DNA from: Azolla caroliniana
Taxonomy: Eukaryota; Plantae; Polypodiophyta
Reading direction: 5' to 3'
Assembly (NCBI GenBank): GCA_043228905.1
Contig: JBHGNT010000011.1
Location: forward strand, 2,914,001 to 2,978,000
Length of the DNA stretch: 64,000 bases
The notes under the pieces were generated by a model, which was given only the letters and a program-made list of their open reading frames with translations, was not told where the DNA came from and did not search any database. Of this stretch, positions 50,062 to 63,000 are shown piece by piece. Position 1 is the first letter of the stretch. Each line of letters begins with the position of its first letter. The translations under genes and the position numbers were made by a program.

Positions 50062-52813
50062 TGAAAAGAATAGCGCGGAATACTGCTCGGCCACAACCGA
50101 GCCTTAGATCACTTCTTTGAGAATCAAACACAGGAATGGGGTTGGGGATAAGTACACGTACACACACGAACAATAGAGAGTACACATGATGTTTATGTGA
50201 AAAACCCTAATAGGGAAAAACCACGGGAGCCCACAAACTCCAAACTATCACTATATGAGAAAGGTACAATCAGAGACTCGGAGGCAACAACCTTGAGCTC
50301 TGTATCTTTGCCAAACAATGGTTATAATAGAGTATTGCTCTGTATCTCCTCTCTCGCTCTCTTCCTCTCTCTCTATACAACAATTATACACATACAACAA
50401 TATGACAACACTATCTACTGTGATTGCCCTAGGTCATATTTATACTCATATGAACTTAGGGCTATTTGCAAATATAGCCTCAAGAGGCTTACTCAAAACA
50501 TATTTACAAATATGTCTTCTCTTCCGGTTCTCACCAGGTCCATCCGATCTAGTTTTCGGATCTCATCGGGCCCTCTTTATTCATAACCGGATCCCATCCA
50601 GAGGGATCGACTTCCCAACAATCTCCCCTTTCACTCCGGCATGGGATGTCTCGTCAGCCCGATCCGCTTACGACACGCGTCCAACTTGTCGGTTTTCAAC
50701 ACCTTGGTCAGCATATCCGAGCTGTTCTCCTCTGTGTGGATCTTTGTCAGCATGAACTCTTGATCTTCTACTCTCTCCCGGATCTAGTGGTAGCTCCGCT
50801 GGATATGTTTCATCCTGGAGTCGTAGGCCGCGTTCCTCGTAAGGTGGATGGCACTTTGACTGTCGCAGTAGAGCCGATATTCCTCCTGTTGGATCCCTAG
50901 CTCTCTGATGAAGCCCTTCATCTAGATTATCTCCTTGCTAGCTTCCACAACTGCCATGTACTCCGCCTCCGTGGTTGACAACGCAACCGTCTTCTACAGC
51001 CTCGACTGCCACGAAATAGCTCCCCCTGCATAAGTCATGACATATCCGGATGTAGACTAGCTGGTATCCACATCAGCCGACGTATCCGAATCGGTGAAGC
51101 CTTCCAAGAGGGGTTTACCGGAGCTGAATCGAAGGCACATAATCAAGGTTCCTTTCAGATACCAGAGTATCCACTTGACTGCGTTCCAGTGCTCTCTTCC
51201 AGGATTGCTCATGATTCGGCTAACTACTCCGATAGCGTAACCGATGTCCGGCCGGGTACACACTATCGCATACATCAAGCTCCCGATGGTAGAGGCATAT
51301 GGTATCTTCATCATATCTGTCTTCTCTGCCTTTGTCTCCGGGCTTTTCTTTTCAGACAACTTGCAATTTGCCGGAAGTGTCGATCCGACCGGTTTCACCT
51401 CCGACATGTTGAACCTTTGAAGCACCTTTGTCATGTACTTCTCCTGTGACAACCACAACAGTTTCTCTGACCGGTTCCGGATAATGTGCATTCGCAATAT
51501 CTGTCTTGGCGGACCCAAGTCTTTCATTAAGAAGGTCCGGTTCAGAGCCTTCTTTAGCACCCGAATCTTGCCTTGTTCTTGTTCGACGATCAACATATCA
51601 TCCACATATAGGAGTATTAGGAAATCTTCTCCGACAAATTTCTTCACAAACATGCAGTGATCGGCCTGCATCTTGTGGTACCCTTCGTTTGTCATGAGGA
51701 GTCGAACGTCTAGTACCATTGCAGGGGAGCTTGCTTCAATCCATACAAGCTCTTCTTCAACCAGCACACAAGGTGCTCCTTCCTTTTCTTCTCAAATCCT
51801 TCCGGTTGATGCATGTAGATCTCTTCTTCGAGGTCGCCATGTAGGAATGCCGTCTTGACGTCTAGTTTCTCTAGCTCGAGGTCCATGCTTGCCGCTATGC
51901 TTAATACCGTCCGGAGCAAAAATCTCGTCGAAGTCTACTCCCTTCTTCTACTGGAAACCCTTCACTACAATTCGGGCTTTGTATCTTGACGGGTTTCCGG
52001 CATCTCCCGGTTTTAGCTTGTACACCCACTTGTTTCGGAGTGCTCTCTTCCCTTTCTACAACTTCGTCAGTTCATATGTGTGGTTCTCATGCAGAGAATC
52101 CATCTCATCCTGCATGGCACTCAACCACTTGCGGTTGTGGATGTCTCTCTTTGCTTCTACGAAGCTTTCCGGCTCCCCCTCATCGGTTAGCAACACATGC
52201 TCTGCATCTGGAAATCTTTGGGGGCACTTCTCTCTCGGAGAGGGCGTCTCCGTCCTTGGTTTTTGACTATTGGTTCCTCCATTTGTTCCTCATCCTCATC
52301 CGATTCGAGATCTTGTCCGGTTCTGGTGTCTTCTTCTTCTTCGGTCGCTTTGGTTTCTTGTCCTCATTGGGCCGGCTCATCAAGTGTCATCCGGTTGCCG
52401 GCCAACATCCAGTTTTCAACTGGGTAGGTCCTTGTGTCCTCAAACTGGTTTTCATTGGATGATTTGGAGTTCATCTTCTTCTCCGACTCCTAGTCGGCAA
52501 TGGTCCTGTCTTCCATGAAGACTATGTCCCGACTTCGGAACACCTTCTTGTCAACCATATCCCACACCCGGTAACCGAACTCATCATTGCCGTATCCAAG
52601 GAATATGCATGGTCGGGACTTCGGATCCAGCTTTGCTCTCTTGTCCTTCGCCACATGCACGTAAGCGAGACATCCGAACACCTTTAGATGCCGGTAGGAT
52701 ACGTCCTTACCGATCCATCACGTAAGTTGCCGTCATCAGTGCCTCAACCCAAAACATCTTGGGTAACTTGGCATGTGCAAGCATGCTCCGGACTCTCTCC
52801 ATTATGGTCCGGT
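50062..52813 (-). mobile_element. Tnt1/Tork-like copia, 3' half (3' LTR 50062-50620, RNase H, RT, INT end)
   Basis: [45 protein letters not shown] at 50621-50630. LTR related to 22690-24174. Confidence 0.9.
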
Positions 52814-53618
52814 TGTTAGGAGCAATACTAAGACAAAGAAGTATTGTCAGGAATAGTACTAAGACAGGGAAGGAATTAGTACTAAAAGATGAGGATTAGT
52901 ACTAAGGGAGGTGTAGAACTCTCGAGAGAAGGAAAGAGTGAGTGAGAGAGAGAGAGAGAATGATGATAACAAAATATATATATTATGTTAAGAGAATATA
53001 CAATAGTAGCTAGGAGGCTTAAGATTGGCATTGAACTAATTTGGTTCGAAATAATGCCTTGTGCCTCCTTTTATAGTGTTCTTAGGAGTACTCTTGAAGT
53101 TTCTAAAATGTTCTAGAGAAATATGGAATATACATCAATTTTCTATAGTAAAACTTAAATGAAAATATTTTTTGTATTACAACATATAGTCTAATGGTCA
53201 AGAGTTTGACCCATGTAACATAAGGTCATGGGTTCGAGTCTTGCCATATCATGACATTATCCTCCCTTTAAAATGATGAGTGTCACGATGGGACTATATC
53301 CTAGCCAATTGACTAAATAGTAGAGCTTGTTGCGAACAATCTTGAAATCGAGGATGGCGGCAATCGAGCTTGACGTCGATTTAACACACGAGCATTAGAA
53401 AATGCCTCTAGAAGATCCCTCTAAAAAATGCCTCCATTGTGTAAAAGAGTCTACTATTGCTAATAGCTCCTTATCATGAATTTCATGGTTGATTTCGGCG
53501 GCGTCAAACTTGCGTGAGTGGAAAGCCACAGGATAGAGCTTTTCATCATCGCCTTGTTGTGACAAAATGCTACCCAACGTGAAATCTGACGTGTTTGCTT
53601 CGATGATGAATGGTTTTT
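52814..53618 (-). mobile_element. Tcn1-like chromovirus gypsy: 3' LTR (52814-53256), PPT and RNase H fragment
   Basis: TGT...ACA LTR; PPT GGGAGGATAA(-); [43 protein letters not shown]. Confidence 0.8.
53185..53246 (+). promoter_or_regulatory. tRNA-like Pol III A/B-box cassette at the U3 end of gypsy LTR
   Basis: TAGTCTAATGG (53187) ... AGGTCATGGGTTCGAGTC (B box 53231) ... CCA. Confidence 0.65.
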
Positions 53619-53707
53619 TCTGTTATTAACCGTTCGGTTGTAGCAAGGAGTGCGGGCGACTTTGTGATATAGTAGATAATGTAATAGTAAAAGAAGAGAT
53701 TCTAAGC

Positions 53708-53760
<53 letters not shown>

Positions 53761-53789
53761 CAAGAAGTTTTCATTAAGATGAAAGGAAA

Positions 53790-53844
53790 GACCTTATGCA
53801 GCAAACTAGTTTCGCTCGCTTAGAGCTCATCAGTGCAAAAGGTC
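53790..53844 (-). ncRNA. Minimal type I hammerhead ribozyme in left pLTR
   Basis: - strand GACCTTTTGCA-CTGATGA-GCTC-TAAGC-GAGC-GAAA-CTAG-TT-TGCTGCATAAGGTC: complete core, 4-bp stem II, palindromic stem III. Confidence 0.85.
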
Positions 53845-54304
53845 ATGAAAATACAAATGGTGGTTTATATAGGATGTTGAGAATGGGGAAGGGAGGAGAA
53901 AGAGGGAAAGTATAATCATAGTGAGTGGGGTGTAATAAGAGTGTAAATAGATGGAAGGTTGTAAGGATTTAAGGTGGAAGATCTTGATGATAGGGGGGGT
54001 GGTGATAAAGGGGGAAATGAGTTGGTGATAGGAAGATTGATAGGGTGATAAGACAGATGAGTGAGTGGGATATGGTGATAAGGGGAAATGAATGAGTGAT
54101 AGGGTATGTAATTATAAGTACGTAAATATAAGATGGTGAGAAGGTGAAAATTAAGGAAGGGAATAAGAAGGGAAAGGAAGGAAAATGAAAAAGGAAGTTA
54201 GTAAGAGGTGGTGGGGAGAAGGTTTGAGGGAAACGAGGGAAGAGAGAGAGTGTATAAAAAGGTAGTGAGAGGTATAGGGGAGGGGGAAGGGAGAAGGGAG
54301 AAAA

Positions 54305-54520
54305 AAGGGAGAGAGAGAGAGAGAGAGAGAGAGAAGGAATGAGTGAAGATATAAAATAGTAGTAAGGGAGGGAGGGAGAGAGAGAGAGAGAGAGAGAAGG
54401 AATGAGTGAAGATATAAAATAGTAGTAAGGGAGGGAGAGAGAGAGAGAGAGAGAGAAGGAATGAGTGAAGATATAAAATAGTAGTAAGGGAGGGAGAGAG
54501 AGAGAGAGAGAGAGAGACAA
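54305..54520. repeat. ~58-bp tandem repeats with (GA)n in PLE 3' UTR
   Basis: (GA)n-AGGAATGAGTGAAGATATAAAATAGTAGTAAGGGAGG three times. Confidence 0.85.
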
Positions 54521-54672
54521 AAATATAGATTTTAGTGAAATATAAGGGAATGATAGGGGAGTATAGATAGGAGGGAAGGGGAAAAAAGAGATGTGTGTGA
54601 CTAGTAAATAGTAGTAAGGGGGAAGGAGGGAGGAACGAGGAAGGGGGATAGATGAAGGGTGAGAAAATATGT

Positions 54673-54800
54673 TTATGGGGGTTCTAAGATGTTTTTAGTT
54701 TTGACTAGAAAAGAGTGGAGGTTTTTGGATTTTGTCCAACAAATAATGGGTTTAGGGAAATGTTGTAGTTGGGGATCTAATTGTAGGCTAGAAAGAAAGA
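54673..54800 (-). pseudogene. C-terminal end of the PLE RT ORF, separated by the LINE insertion
   Basis: SLQLDPQLQHFPKPIICWTKSKNLHSFLVKTKNILEPP*, matching the post-thumb LQxDP...PxxxxxxxxNLxxxLV motif of PLEs, followed directly by a stop. Confidence 0.75.
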
Positions 54801-54986
54801 AAGATGTATTAACGTCTTCTAAGGCCAAATTTGGCCCATGAGACAATTGGTTTACAACAATAGAGTATTTATCCAGTCATCATAACTAAAATAAAATTAA
54901 GTAAAAAAATAGAACTTAAACTAAAAGAGTTCTAGTAGTGTACAATATGTAGTATACTCGAAAGTGACTATACACTAAGCCTAATT

Positions 54987-57900
54987 TTATTTCCACCCAA
55001 GCCTCTCGAAAAGAAGTGGGGGGTCAAAGGGTCTTGATGTGGGTTCCAATGTAGAGAGTGCCCTAGCCATGGCTTCTAGGCGGTGTAGCTCACGTTCCCT
55101 TATTTTCAATATTGCTTCCACATCACGTCGAGTTGCTTTGAAACTCGGCACCCGAGGACGTCTGGTTCTTCTCTGGTTTTCTGCCTCATCAATGGAAAGG
55201 CCGAGTGGTGCAAGTGTGTCGGCATTCGTTGTCTCCTCAGGTTCCTGAAAAACTTCATTTGTTACATGTTCGTGATCATTAGCAACATTATTGTCAACAT
55301 TTTGTAACTTATTCTCTCTGTGTTGTTTTAGCTCTAGAATGTATTTGCCTAATTTCTTTATATCTAGAGTATCTAATAGTTTGGGGAGGGTGGGAGACAG
55401 ACCAAGTATGTCTTGGTATTTTGCCCGTATCTCGGCATAGGTTGGACACTTGCATGTAAAGTGGTACTCATCCTCTATCTCTATGTGACATAACCTACAT
55501 ATCCTTTCCTCCCTAGGGACTCCACTAGTACGGCCATTTTCAATCTCAAGTTGGTGAGATGATATTCTAAGTTGTCCAATGGCAACCCTTAGTGCATGTG
55601 GTAAGAATACATCTAGATATTTTGGCCGCGTGATAAAACCTAACTCAGAGAAGTGCATGAAGTGTTTCTTATAGTACGACATTTTAGATGGGAGTGGCTC
55701 TAGTGGGGTGATCCATTTACACCGAGTGTAAATTTGCCATATTTCTTGGCGTATTACTTTATTGCGGTTCTCATGAGAGATTAAGGTGTTATCACTCGTG
55801 TGGTTGTACCTAAGGGGAGGTAGGTTATTAATGTCTAGACCATTCTCAAGAAGCCAACTCACCATCATGCCATACCATGAGCTAGTATAGCCGGACTCAT
55901 ACAATGATCGAGAGGCCTTAAAGGCTTGATGAGATATTCTATCATGTGGTTGGCTATGTATCCTATCAATGAAGACTACAAGTTGAAAAAGTGCCTCTAC
56001 TAGCATTGGGGGTAACGTGAACTCGGCCCTAATAATGTCATGTGGTACAGTCGATTTGCTTCGGAGTTGGCGTGATAGCATCATCACCAATGGTCTCTCT
56101 AATTGCATCCACAGGAAGGATGGTAATCCTGGAGCCCAAACCGCTGATGCATACATGAGGGAGGGGGTCACTAATGAGTCAAAGAGCCACCCTTTAGTCC
56201 GTGGCTCTTGAAAGTGTGCTTGGTGGCATTGTCTCTCTAGGAGTGAGAGGGATGCATGTCCTCTCGTGAGTCTATCCTTCGTTGCCTGTGTCATCGAAAA
56301 TTTACCTGAGCGGGCACTAAAAGTGACTCCGAGATAGACGTACGATCCAACCACCTCGAATGGGCTATGGGAGATAGTTAGGTGACACTTAGCTCTAACT
56401 TGGGCCGATGTGTGGAAGATAAGGACTTTCGTTTTCCCTAGATTCACTACCAATCCTCGTTGTACACAAAAGTCATCTAAGGCATTAAGGTGCCTCTGTA
56501 GGTCGTGTTCGGATTCAGAGAGCAAAACTATGTCATCCGCATAGAGCAAGATACGAACCTACGTATCCCCAAGGACCACTCCGGTGCCTCCCTCATGAGC
56601 AATAAAATCTGTGATCTCATCAATGTAGATCCCAAAAAGCGTCGGTGATAGGGGGCAACCTTGTTTTACACCAATAGTGCTAGTGAAACGATTGGATAGG
56701 CCACCTGGGCATCAGACACACCCGGACACTTGTTCGTATAGTGCGTAGATGGCCCATACCATATCATCTGGTATCCTCAAGCTTTTAAGTCTATCAAACA
56801 ACCGCTCTCTAGGGACTGTGTCAAAGGCTTTGCGGAAGTCCACAAAACAACAATATAATTTCTTCTTGCGAGCCTTAGTTTGGTCAATTAGGCATCTAAG
56901 TGTGAAGATATGATCAATAGTGGACAAGGCTCGTCTAAAGCCAGCTTGTTCAGGTGCACGAAGGTTTAGGGTCTCCATGTAGTCGCTAAGCTCTGCTTCC
57001 ATTACTGCACCATATAACTTAGCAAGGGTATGGCCTATCATAATGGTCCTATATGTATTTGGGTCCATGGGGTCCCCCCCTTTATGTATGGGGGCCATTG
57101 TATTCATAGTCCACTGTGGTGGAAAATCCTTCGCAAGGGCACGATTGAAGATTAGAGTTAGCAAGGGAGCTAGGCACTCTCTCGCATATATAATGTGTTC
57201 TGCTCGCAATCCTGTGTGGTCCATGGACTTCCTATGTTGTAATTTCTTTATGACCTTCATGATCCTAGAGGTCGTGAAAAGTGTCCCCCTGGTAGGCCGG
57301 GGTGTGGAAGGCATTGGAAAGGGTGGTTGGTTTGGGATTTGGTAAAGTCTCTCTGTATATGTGTGCCAAGTTTCGGGATCTTCGATGGGTGTTTGTGGTC
57401 TTGGCTCTCGTAGTCTCTTCCATGCCGTGGCGCAATCGCTACTCATGAGCATATGGTAGAGTTCCCAGTATTGGGATGCCTCCCACGCTCGTCTCTTACG
57501 ACGTGTCATCTTACGCATTTCTTTGCGAGCTTGTATGGAGGTAATACTACCATTGAGTTGCGATACTGTAAGTTGTCTATGTAGGTCCCTACAATCCTTG
57601 TCATACCATTTATTTTGTGGCATTGATCCTGATCTACCTTGATTTGAGTGTTTTGTATATGGGAAACTGCTAGCTGTTGCGGAGTGAAGGATGTGTGTGA
57701 GTTTTGTACTAAGGCTTTCTAACGGTAGGGAGGGATCAAGGGAGGGGAGATGGGCCTGAACATGTTGAGAGTATATGTCAGAGAGCTCATGTGTGAAATG
57801 TATTGTGGTGTGATGGCATGGTTGACTAGACTTGGTGACCTTAGAGATATCACATTTTAGCTCGAAGTATAAGAAACTATGGTCTGCGCCAATAGGGCAT

Positions 57901-58718
57901 GGGGCCACTCGGAAGGAGTTAATCATGTGGGTAGCTTCAGGGCGCCCTATTAGATAGTCAACTGTGCTTTCCCCTCCTCCATGTGGGAAACATGTGAGCT
58001 CTTCCGAGCCCGGCCACTTAGCTAAACCATTATATATGACCATCTGGTGCCGACTGCCAAGTTCGAGCAGATGATGGCCAAAGCTCGTGGCGTCCGCACC
58101 TTGATCCTTTGATCTACGTGTGGTGCCTATGTCTAAAGGATCAACATTTACCCTTTCTAGGTTTCTATTCATCTGAAATACTCTGCATTGTCGGGATTGG
58201 GTTCTCGCATTGAAGTCTCCTACAAGAAATACTTCTCCTTGGGAAGAATATCGGATTATGTCATCTGATAGGGGTTCGTATGGAGAAGGCCCATGTGGCA
58301 TTCCTTCATCGACTAATCTCGTCAAGCCACCAATATTATAACGGGATCCTTTTGGGGGAAAGTAACAAATGGCGAAAAATACTGCATGGTCTTTGCTTGT
58401 GGAGACTTTCACCCACATAAAACGAGCTTCTGGGTCTATCTTCATTATTTCTATCCTATTATGTAGCTCTCTACGAAATAGTATCGCGACACCTCCAAAT
58501 CCCCTAGTAGTGTGTCGACGTGAGGTTTGTCTAAAAGAGGACGCCCAACGGAATCCTTCGACCCGTGGGAGTCCTCTATTTGGGCTCTGATGTGTTTCTA
58601 CCAAGAAAAGTATATCAGATACCTTTAGTATCTCCTCTAGGCGGCCAGGGTGTGCCCAGAGTGCGCCATTACAATTCCATAGGGTCATCCTAAGTGCATT
58701 TTCTGTCACATGGGCCAC
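54987..58718 (-). pseudogene. LINE ORF2 (APE endonuclease + RT + C-terminal Cys/His motif), two in-frame stops near 56560 and 56712
   Basis: WNCNG, LVETH, GDFNAR, STVDY, ADH; QAGFR, FVDFRKAFD, GVKQGCPLSPTLF, LYADD, YVYLG. Confidence 0.92.
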
Positions 58719-58724
58719 ACGCCG

Positions 58725-59537
58725 TCAATTAGTAGTGCGATCATTTATGATCACTCGCCCGTCTCGGTAAAAGGCGCGATGGCCTTCTTTACGAGCTTGC
58801 ATAACTCATGGCATACAACTCTTGCGATGCTCAATTTGCATCTTAGTGAGGTCTTCATCGATATAGATGGGGTCCCCATCCATTCCTCAAAGGATTGGTC
58901 TCTTCTTAAAGAAAGTGATTCTAGAGTCTAAGTCTTTAAATTGAAGGACTAAGGCTCTCTTCCTAGTTGTGTCACGCCCGGCCCTCCATGCTTTGGTGAT
59001 AGGTAGGGCCTCTGTGTACCCTAACATTTTCCCAAGTGTTTGTGCGTCCTCATTTGGGGATGCACCTTCCTTGAGCCCAGTGACACGTACATTTAAGCGT
59101 CGGGCCTGACGCATTTTCTCTTCTTCAAGGGTGGTATTAACAATATTTTCATCTTTTATTTCTTTTTTAATGTTTCTTTTAACCACATCTACCCAACCCG
59201 TTTTAGCTAACTCTATGTTATTATTAAATTCCTCTTTAACTTTTTTAATTTCGTCCTTTATATCCTCTATAGAGGATATTTCACCGTCTTCTCGAGATAC
59301 CTCGATGTCCTTATGTTGTTTTTTAAGGTCGATGTTTTCTACTTTAAGTTGTTCTATTTCGGCCTTGAGGGCATCTTTTTCCTCTCTATCTTTTTTCTTG
59401 TGGGTTTCGGTGTCTTTTACCCATTTTTTCATATCCATCTCTATTTTTGTTAAACGATTAAACATATCTAAAAAGTCCTCCTTACTTATAGCCTCGTCTT
59501 GTATATCCTTATGTTCCTTAGTCCGTCTAGACGTCAT
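58725..59537 (-). pseudogene. LINE ORF1 (coiled coil + RRM-like + IYIDEDLT domain), two TGA stops
   Basis: Coiled coil, RRLNVRVTGLKE; reading through the stop at 58887 gives PIYIDEDLTKMQIEHR. Confidence 0.8.
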
Positions 59538-60013
59538 TGTGGTGTCAATAAGAAAAAAAAGGTAAAATAAATGGGTTCGAGACTTAGCCGAGTTTGTGTG
59601 TATGTCGCAATCACATCGGCATTTTGTAGCACGCGACGAGCACACCAAAAGAACCCACCCACGAACTCGTCAAGAAAATGGCACTTCACCACATCAAGAG
59701 AAAACGGAGAAGAAACACCCCGTGACGGCGACGGTGACAGTGGCAGTCGTCAAACGACGGTAGACGACGGCAGCAGACGGCAGACGACGGAAGACGACTG
59801 CAGACTGTAGAAGACGGCTGTAGACGACGGCGACGACGACGACGACGACACTAGCTGGCGACAGCAACGGCAGAGAGAGACGAGGAAGAGAGAGAGAGAG
59901 AGAGAGCAGACGGCGACGGTTGCAGCGGCTGCAGACAACGGCTGTAGACGACGGCGACGAGAGCGACAGCAACGCAACGGTAGAGAGAGCCGTTAGAGAG
60001 ACGCAACGCAACG

Positions 60014-63000
60014 GCGAATATCTAAGTTTAAAGATAGTGGGCGGGGTGGTTTTTTTAGTTTTTTCTTTGAAGAGGAGAGTGTGTTTAAGGGAGTAAGGGT
60101 GTTTTCTAAAGTTCTTTAGAATAAAATGCGTGGGATAACCTCGGGCCCTAGGTCTCGTAAAGAATTTCTTTTGCATATTTAAATAACCTAGGGATGTGCT
60201 TTCTCTAACCATATATCTTTTTAATTCATTCGAAACGAAACTATTTTTAACATGGAGAGGGTGATTGGAGAAATAAGGGATGTATTGATATGTATTAAGT
60301 GTTTTTTGAAAGCAATTAAAAGTGAATCTATTATTATCTAAGTTAATCCATAAGTCTAAAAAGGGTAGTTTCGTGTAAGAAGTATGTATGGTTAGTTTGA
60401 TAGAGTTTTGAGTAGTGTTACTATAGAAGTTTAGGTATTCGAAAAGTTGGGGTTTAGTACCAGTCCAAACGCCAAAGGCATCATCAATATACCTAGTGAA
60501 ATAGAAAAGGTGGGGTGATGGATTGGAATTTTCTAGATATGAGAGGAAGAGACATGCGTAGACAACGGAAAAATTACTGCCCATGGCTGTTCCTTTTACC
60601 TGTTGATAAATTTGGTTGTTGAATTTTAGGAAGTGGTATTCTAAAGTGAGGGTGCTAAGGGTATAAATCAAATTAGTTTTTTGGTTCGAAAAGTGGGGGG
60701 AAATAATATTTTTTAGGGCTAAGAGTCCTAGTTTTGGTGGGATGCTAGGGTAGAGTGATTCAACATCAAAAGAAAAAATGAAGCTATTGGGTGGTGTTAT
60801 AAGTTGTTCTAAGGTTTGGACAAGGGAATGGGAATCCCTAAGATATTGTTTTTGACGTAGAAATATAGGGAGGAGTTGGTGGTGAAGCCATTTAGACGTT
60901 TGTTCAAATAATGAACCATTATATGAGCAAATTGGTCTATAGCTAACAGGGGTTTTATGTACTTTTGGTAGGAAGTACATATTAGGTACTGAGTAACCTT
61001 TAGGAGGTTTGTGTAGGATACATTGTATTACTATGAGAGACAAGATATTAAGGTTACGGTTGACTATGTCATGTAGTCGACTTAAAAGTTCTTCTAATGG
61101 GAGACTATTAACTTTTTTATATGTAGTGATGTCAGATAAATGTTCTAGGGCTTTATCTAGGTATGTTTTTTTATCGAGGACACAAACTCCAATGTTTTTG
61201 TCCGCTGGTAGGATGATTATTTGTTTGTTTTTTCTAAGGCTGGTTAGTGCTATTTGGAGGTGTAGTGGTATTTTGGTATTAGGCAGTATATTATTATGGA
61301 GGTTTGTGGAGAGAGAGATATTGTGTTTATGGAGTATAGACTCTAATGGTGGATACTTAGTAGGAGGGTTCCAATTCGGGTTGGGTAGTTTGAAGGGATT
61401 AGAGGGGGGAGAGTTGAAGTCTTTAAAGAAATGTTTAAGTCTCAAGGATCTACTAAGGTTTTGGTATTCTTGAAGAATGGATTGGTTAGTAGGTGGGGGG
61501 CAGGGGGGTATAAACTTAAGTCCTAGGTTTAAAAGTTTGATTTCTAATTTACTAAGGGCGTAATTTGAAAGATTATGAATTTTGCTTTTTAAGATGGGAG
61601 TCGTGTCTACGGTGGGAGTAAGTGGTTTCCAAAACTTGTATCTCAGCCTTTTAGTGCGTGATTTAGTGTAAGGGGAGAAGGGGAAATGGGAGTTTTTTCT
61701 ACCTAGCCACATGTACGTATCACACGTTAAAGGGGGCCTATCTAGTATGTAAAAGAGACATTTACACGGGTGTAAGGCGTGCTTAAACCGTTTACTAATT
61801 CGTTTAGCACGCCTCGTTACACGTTTTTTGGTTTAGACATATAAGACGGAGTTTTAGTTATGGGGTGACGGGGGGGTTTGTAAGAGTTGTGTGGGTTTGA
61901 TTTATTATGTGGGTGGGTGGTTGGGGCAGATAAGTTAAAATTAGGAAAAAGGGGAGGGGTGTTAGATGTAAATAGGGAGGGGTTCTTATTCAAATTATGT
62001 GAAAATAAGGGGGGGGTGGCATGTGTGGAATTATTAAGAATGGAGAGGGGGGCATGGGCGGAGTGTGTGAAAATATTAGGGGGTGTTGGGGCTATATTAG
62101 AGATTGGGGGAGGGGTAAGACCTTAATTATACAAAGTTTTGGGGGGAAACTTAGGGTGAGGATCATTACAAAAAGGGGGCATGGGGTTAAATAGGGGAAT
62201 ATTGGAAAGTAACGGGGGGGGGGGGGGGGGGGGTATACAAAGAATTAGTAGAAAGTGTGGGGGGAGGGTTTTGAGAGTGAGTGGGGTATGGGTGTGGTGG
62301 CCATGAATAAGGAAAGGGAGTTGGGCTCTTGGTGTGTAAAAGGGATGGGTTGTGTTGTTGCCCCAACGTAGGAGGGAAAGAAAATTGAGGGGGAAAGGAG
62401 GGATGAGAGGTCTCGAGGGGCTGAGTATACAGAGGAGGGCTGAGGAGCAGAGGAGGAAGGTGAGAATGGGGGAGATGGACTCTATTGTAATCGAATGTAT
62501 GACTAGAGGCCATACCCTCGTTGTAGCCCGCCTGTGCATTAATCCTGTCGGACTGATGTTGGTTGTGTTGGGCCGACGAGAATCGAGGAGGTGTGGTCGT
62601 TGAGTGGAGGCTATGGATCAGAGATGGAGGTGCTCTGTGTGCAGCATGTGGCCAAGCATGCATATAGTGGTCGATGTCTCTGTTGCCGCCAAAAAGTGAT
62701 GATGGTGGTCGTTGATGGAGATCTTGTGGTGGATGATTATAGCCGTTGATGTCTCTATTGCCGCTGTTAAGTGATGATGGTGGTCGTTGATGGAGATCTT
62801 GTGGTGGATGATTATAGCCGTTGATGTCTCTATTGCCGCCGAAAGTTGATGATGGAGGTTGTTGATGGAGATCTTGCGGCGGATGATGCGAAGGACCTGT
62901 ACGAAGGGAAGCATGAGTGGTAAAGTTGGAGTTCGGGTTATGGTGAGGGTAGGTCGAGTTTGTGCTCGGGCCTACCGAAAGCTCGTTGGATCTATAGAAA

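Larger units (their letters stand above)
54791..60013 (-). mobile_element. Full-length RTEX-like LINE nested in the PLE
   Basis: (CGT)/(CT)-rich 5' UTR, ORF1, APE-RT ORF2 with Cys/His C-terminal motif, and a (TCTT)n tail. Confidence 0.9.

Noticed and set aside
53969-54520. 183-aa Ser/Leu/Pro ORF
   Set aside because: Translation of CT microsatellites in the PLE 3' UTR
59694-60013. Apparent C-terminal ~105 aa of the 672-aa PLE RT ORF
   Set aside because: Read-through into the inserted LINE 5' UTR; the true C-terminus is at 54673-54800
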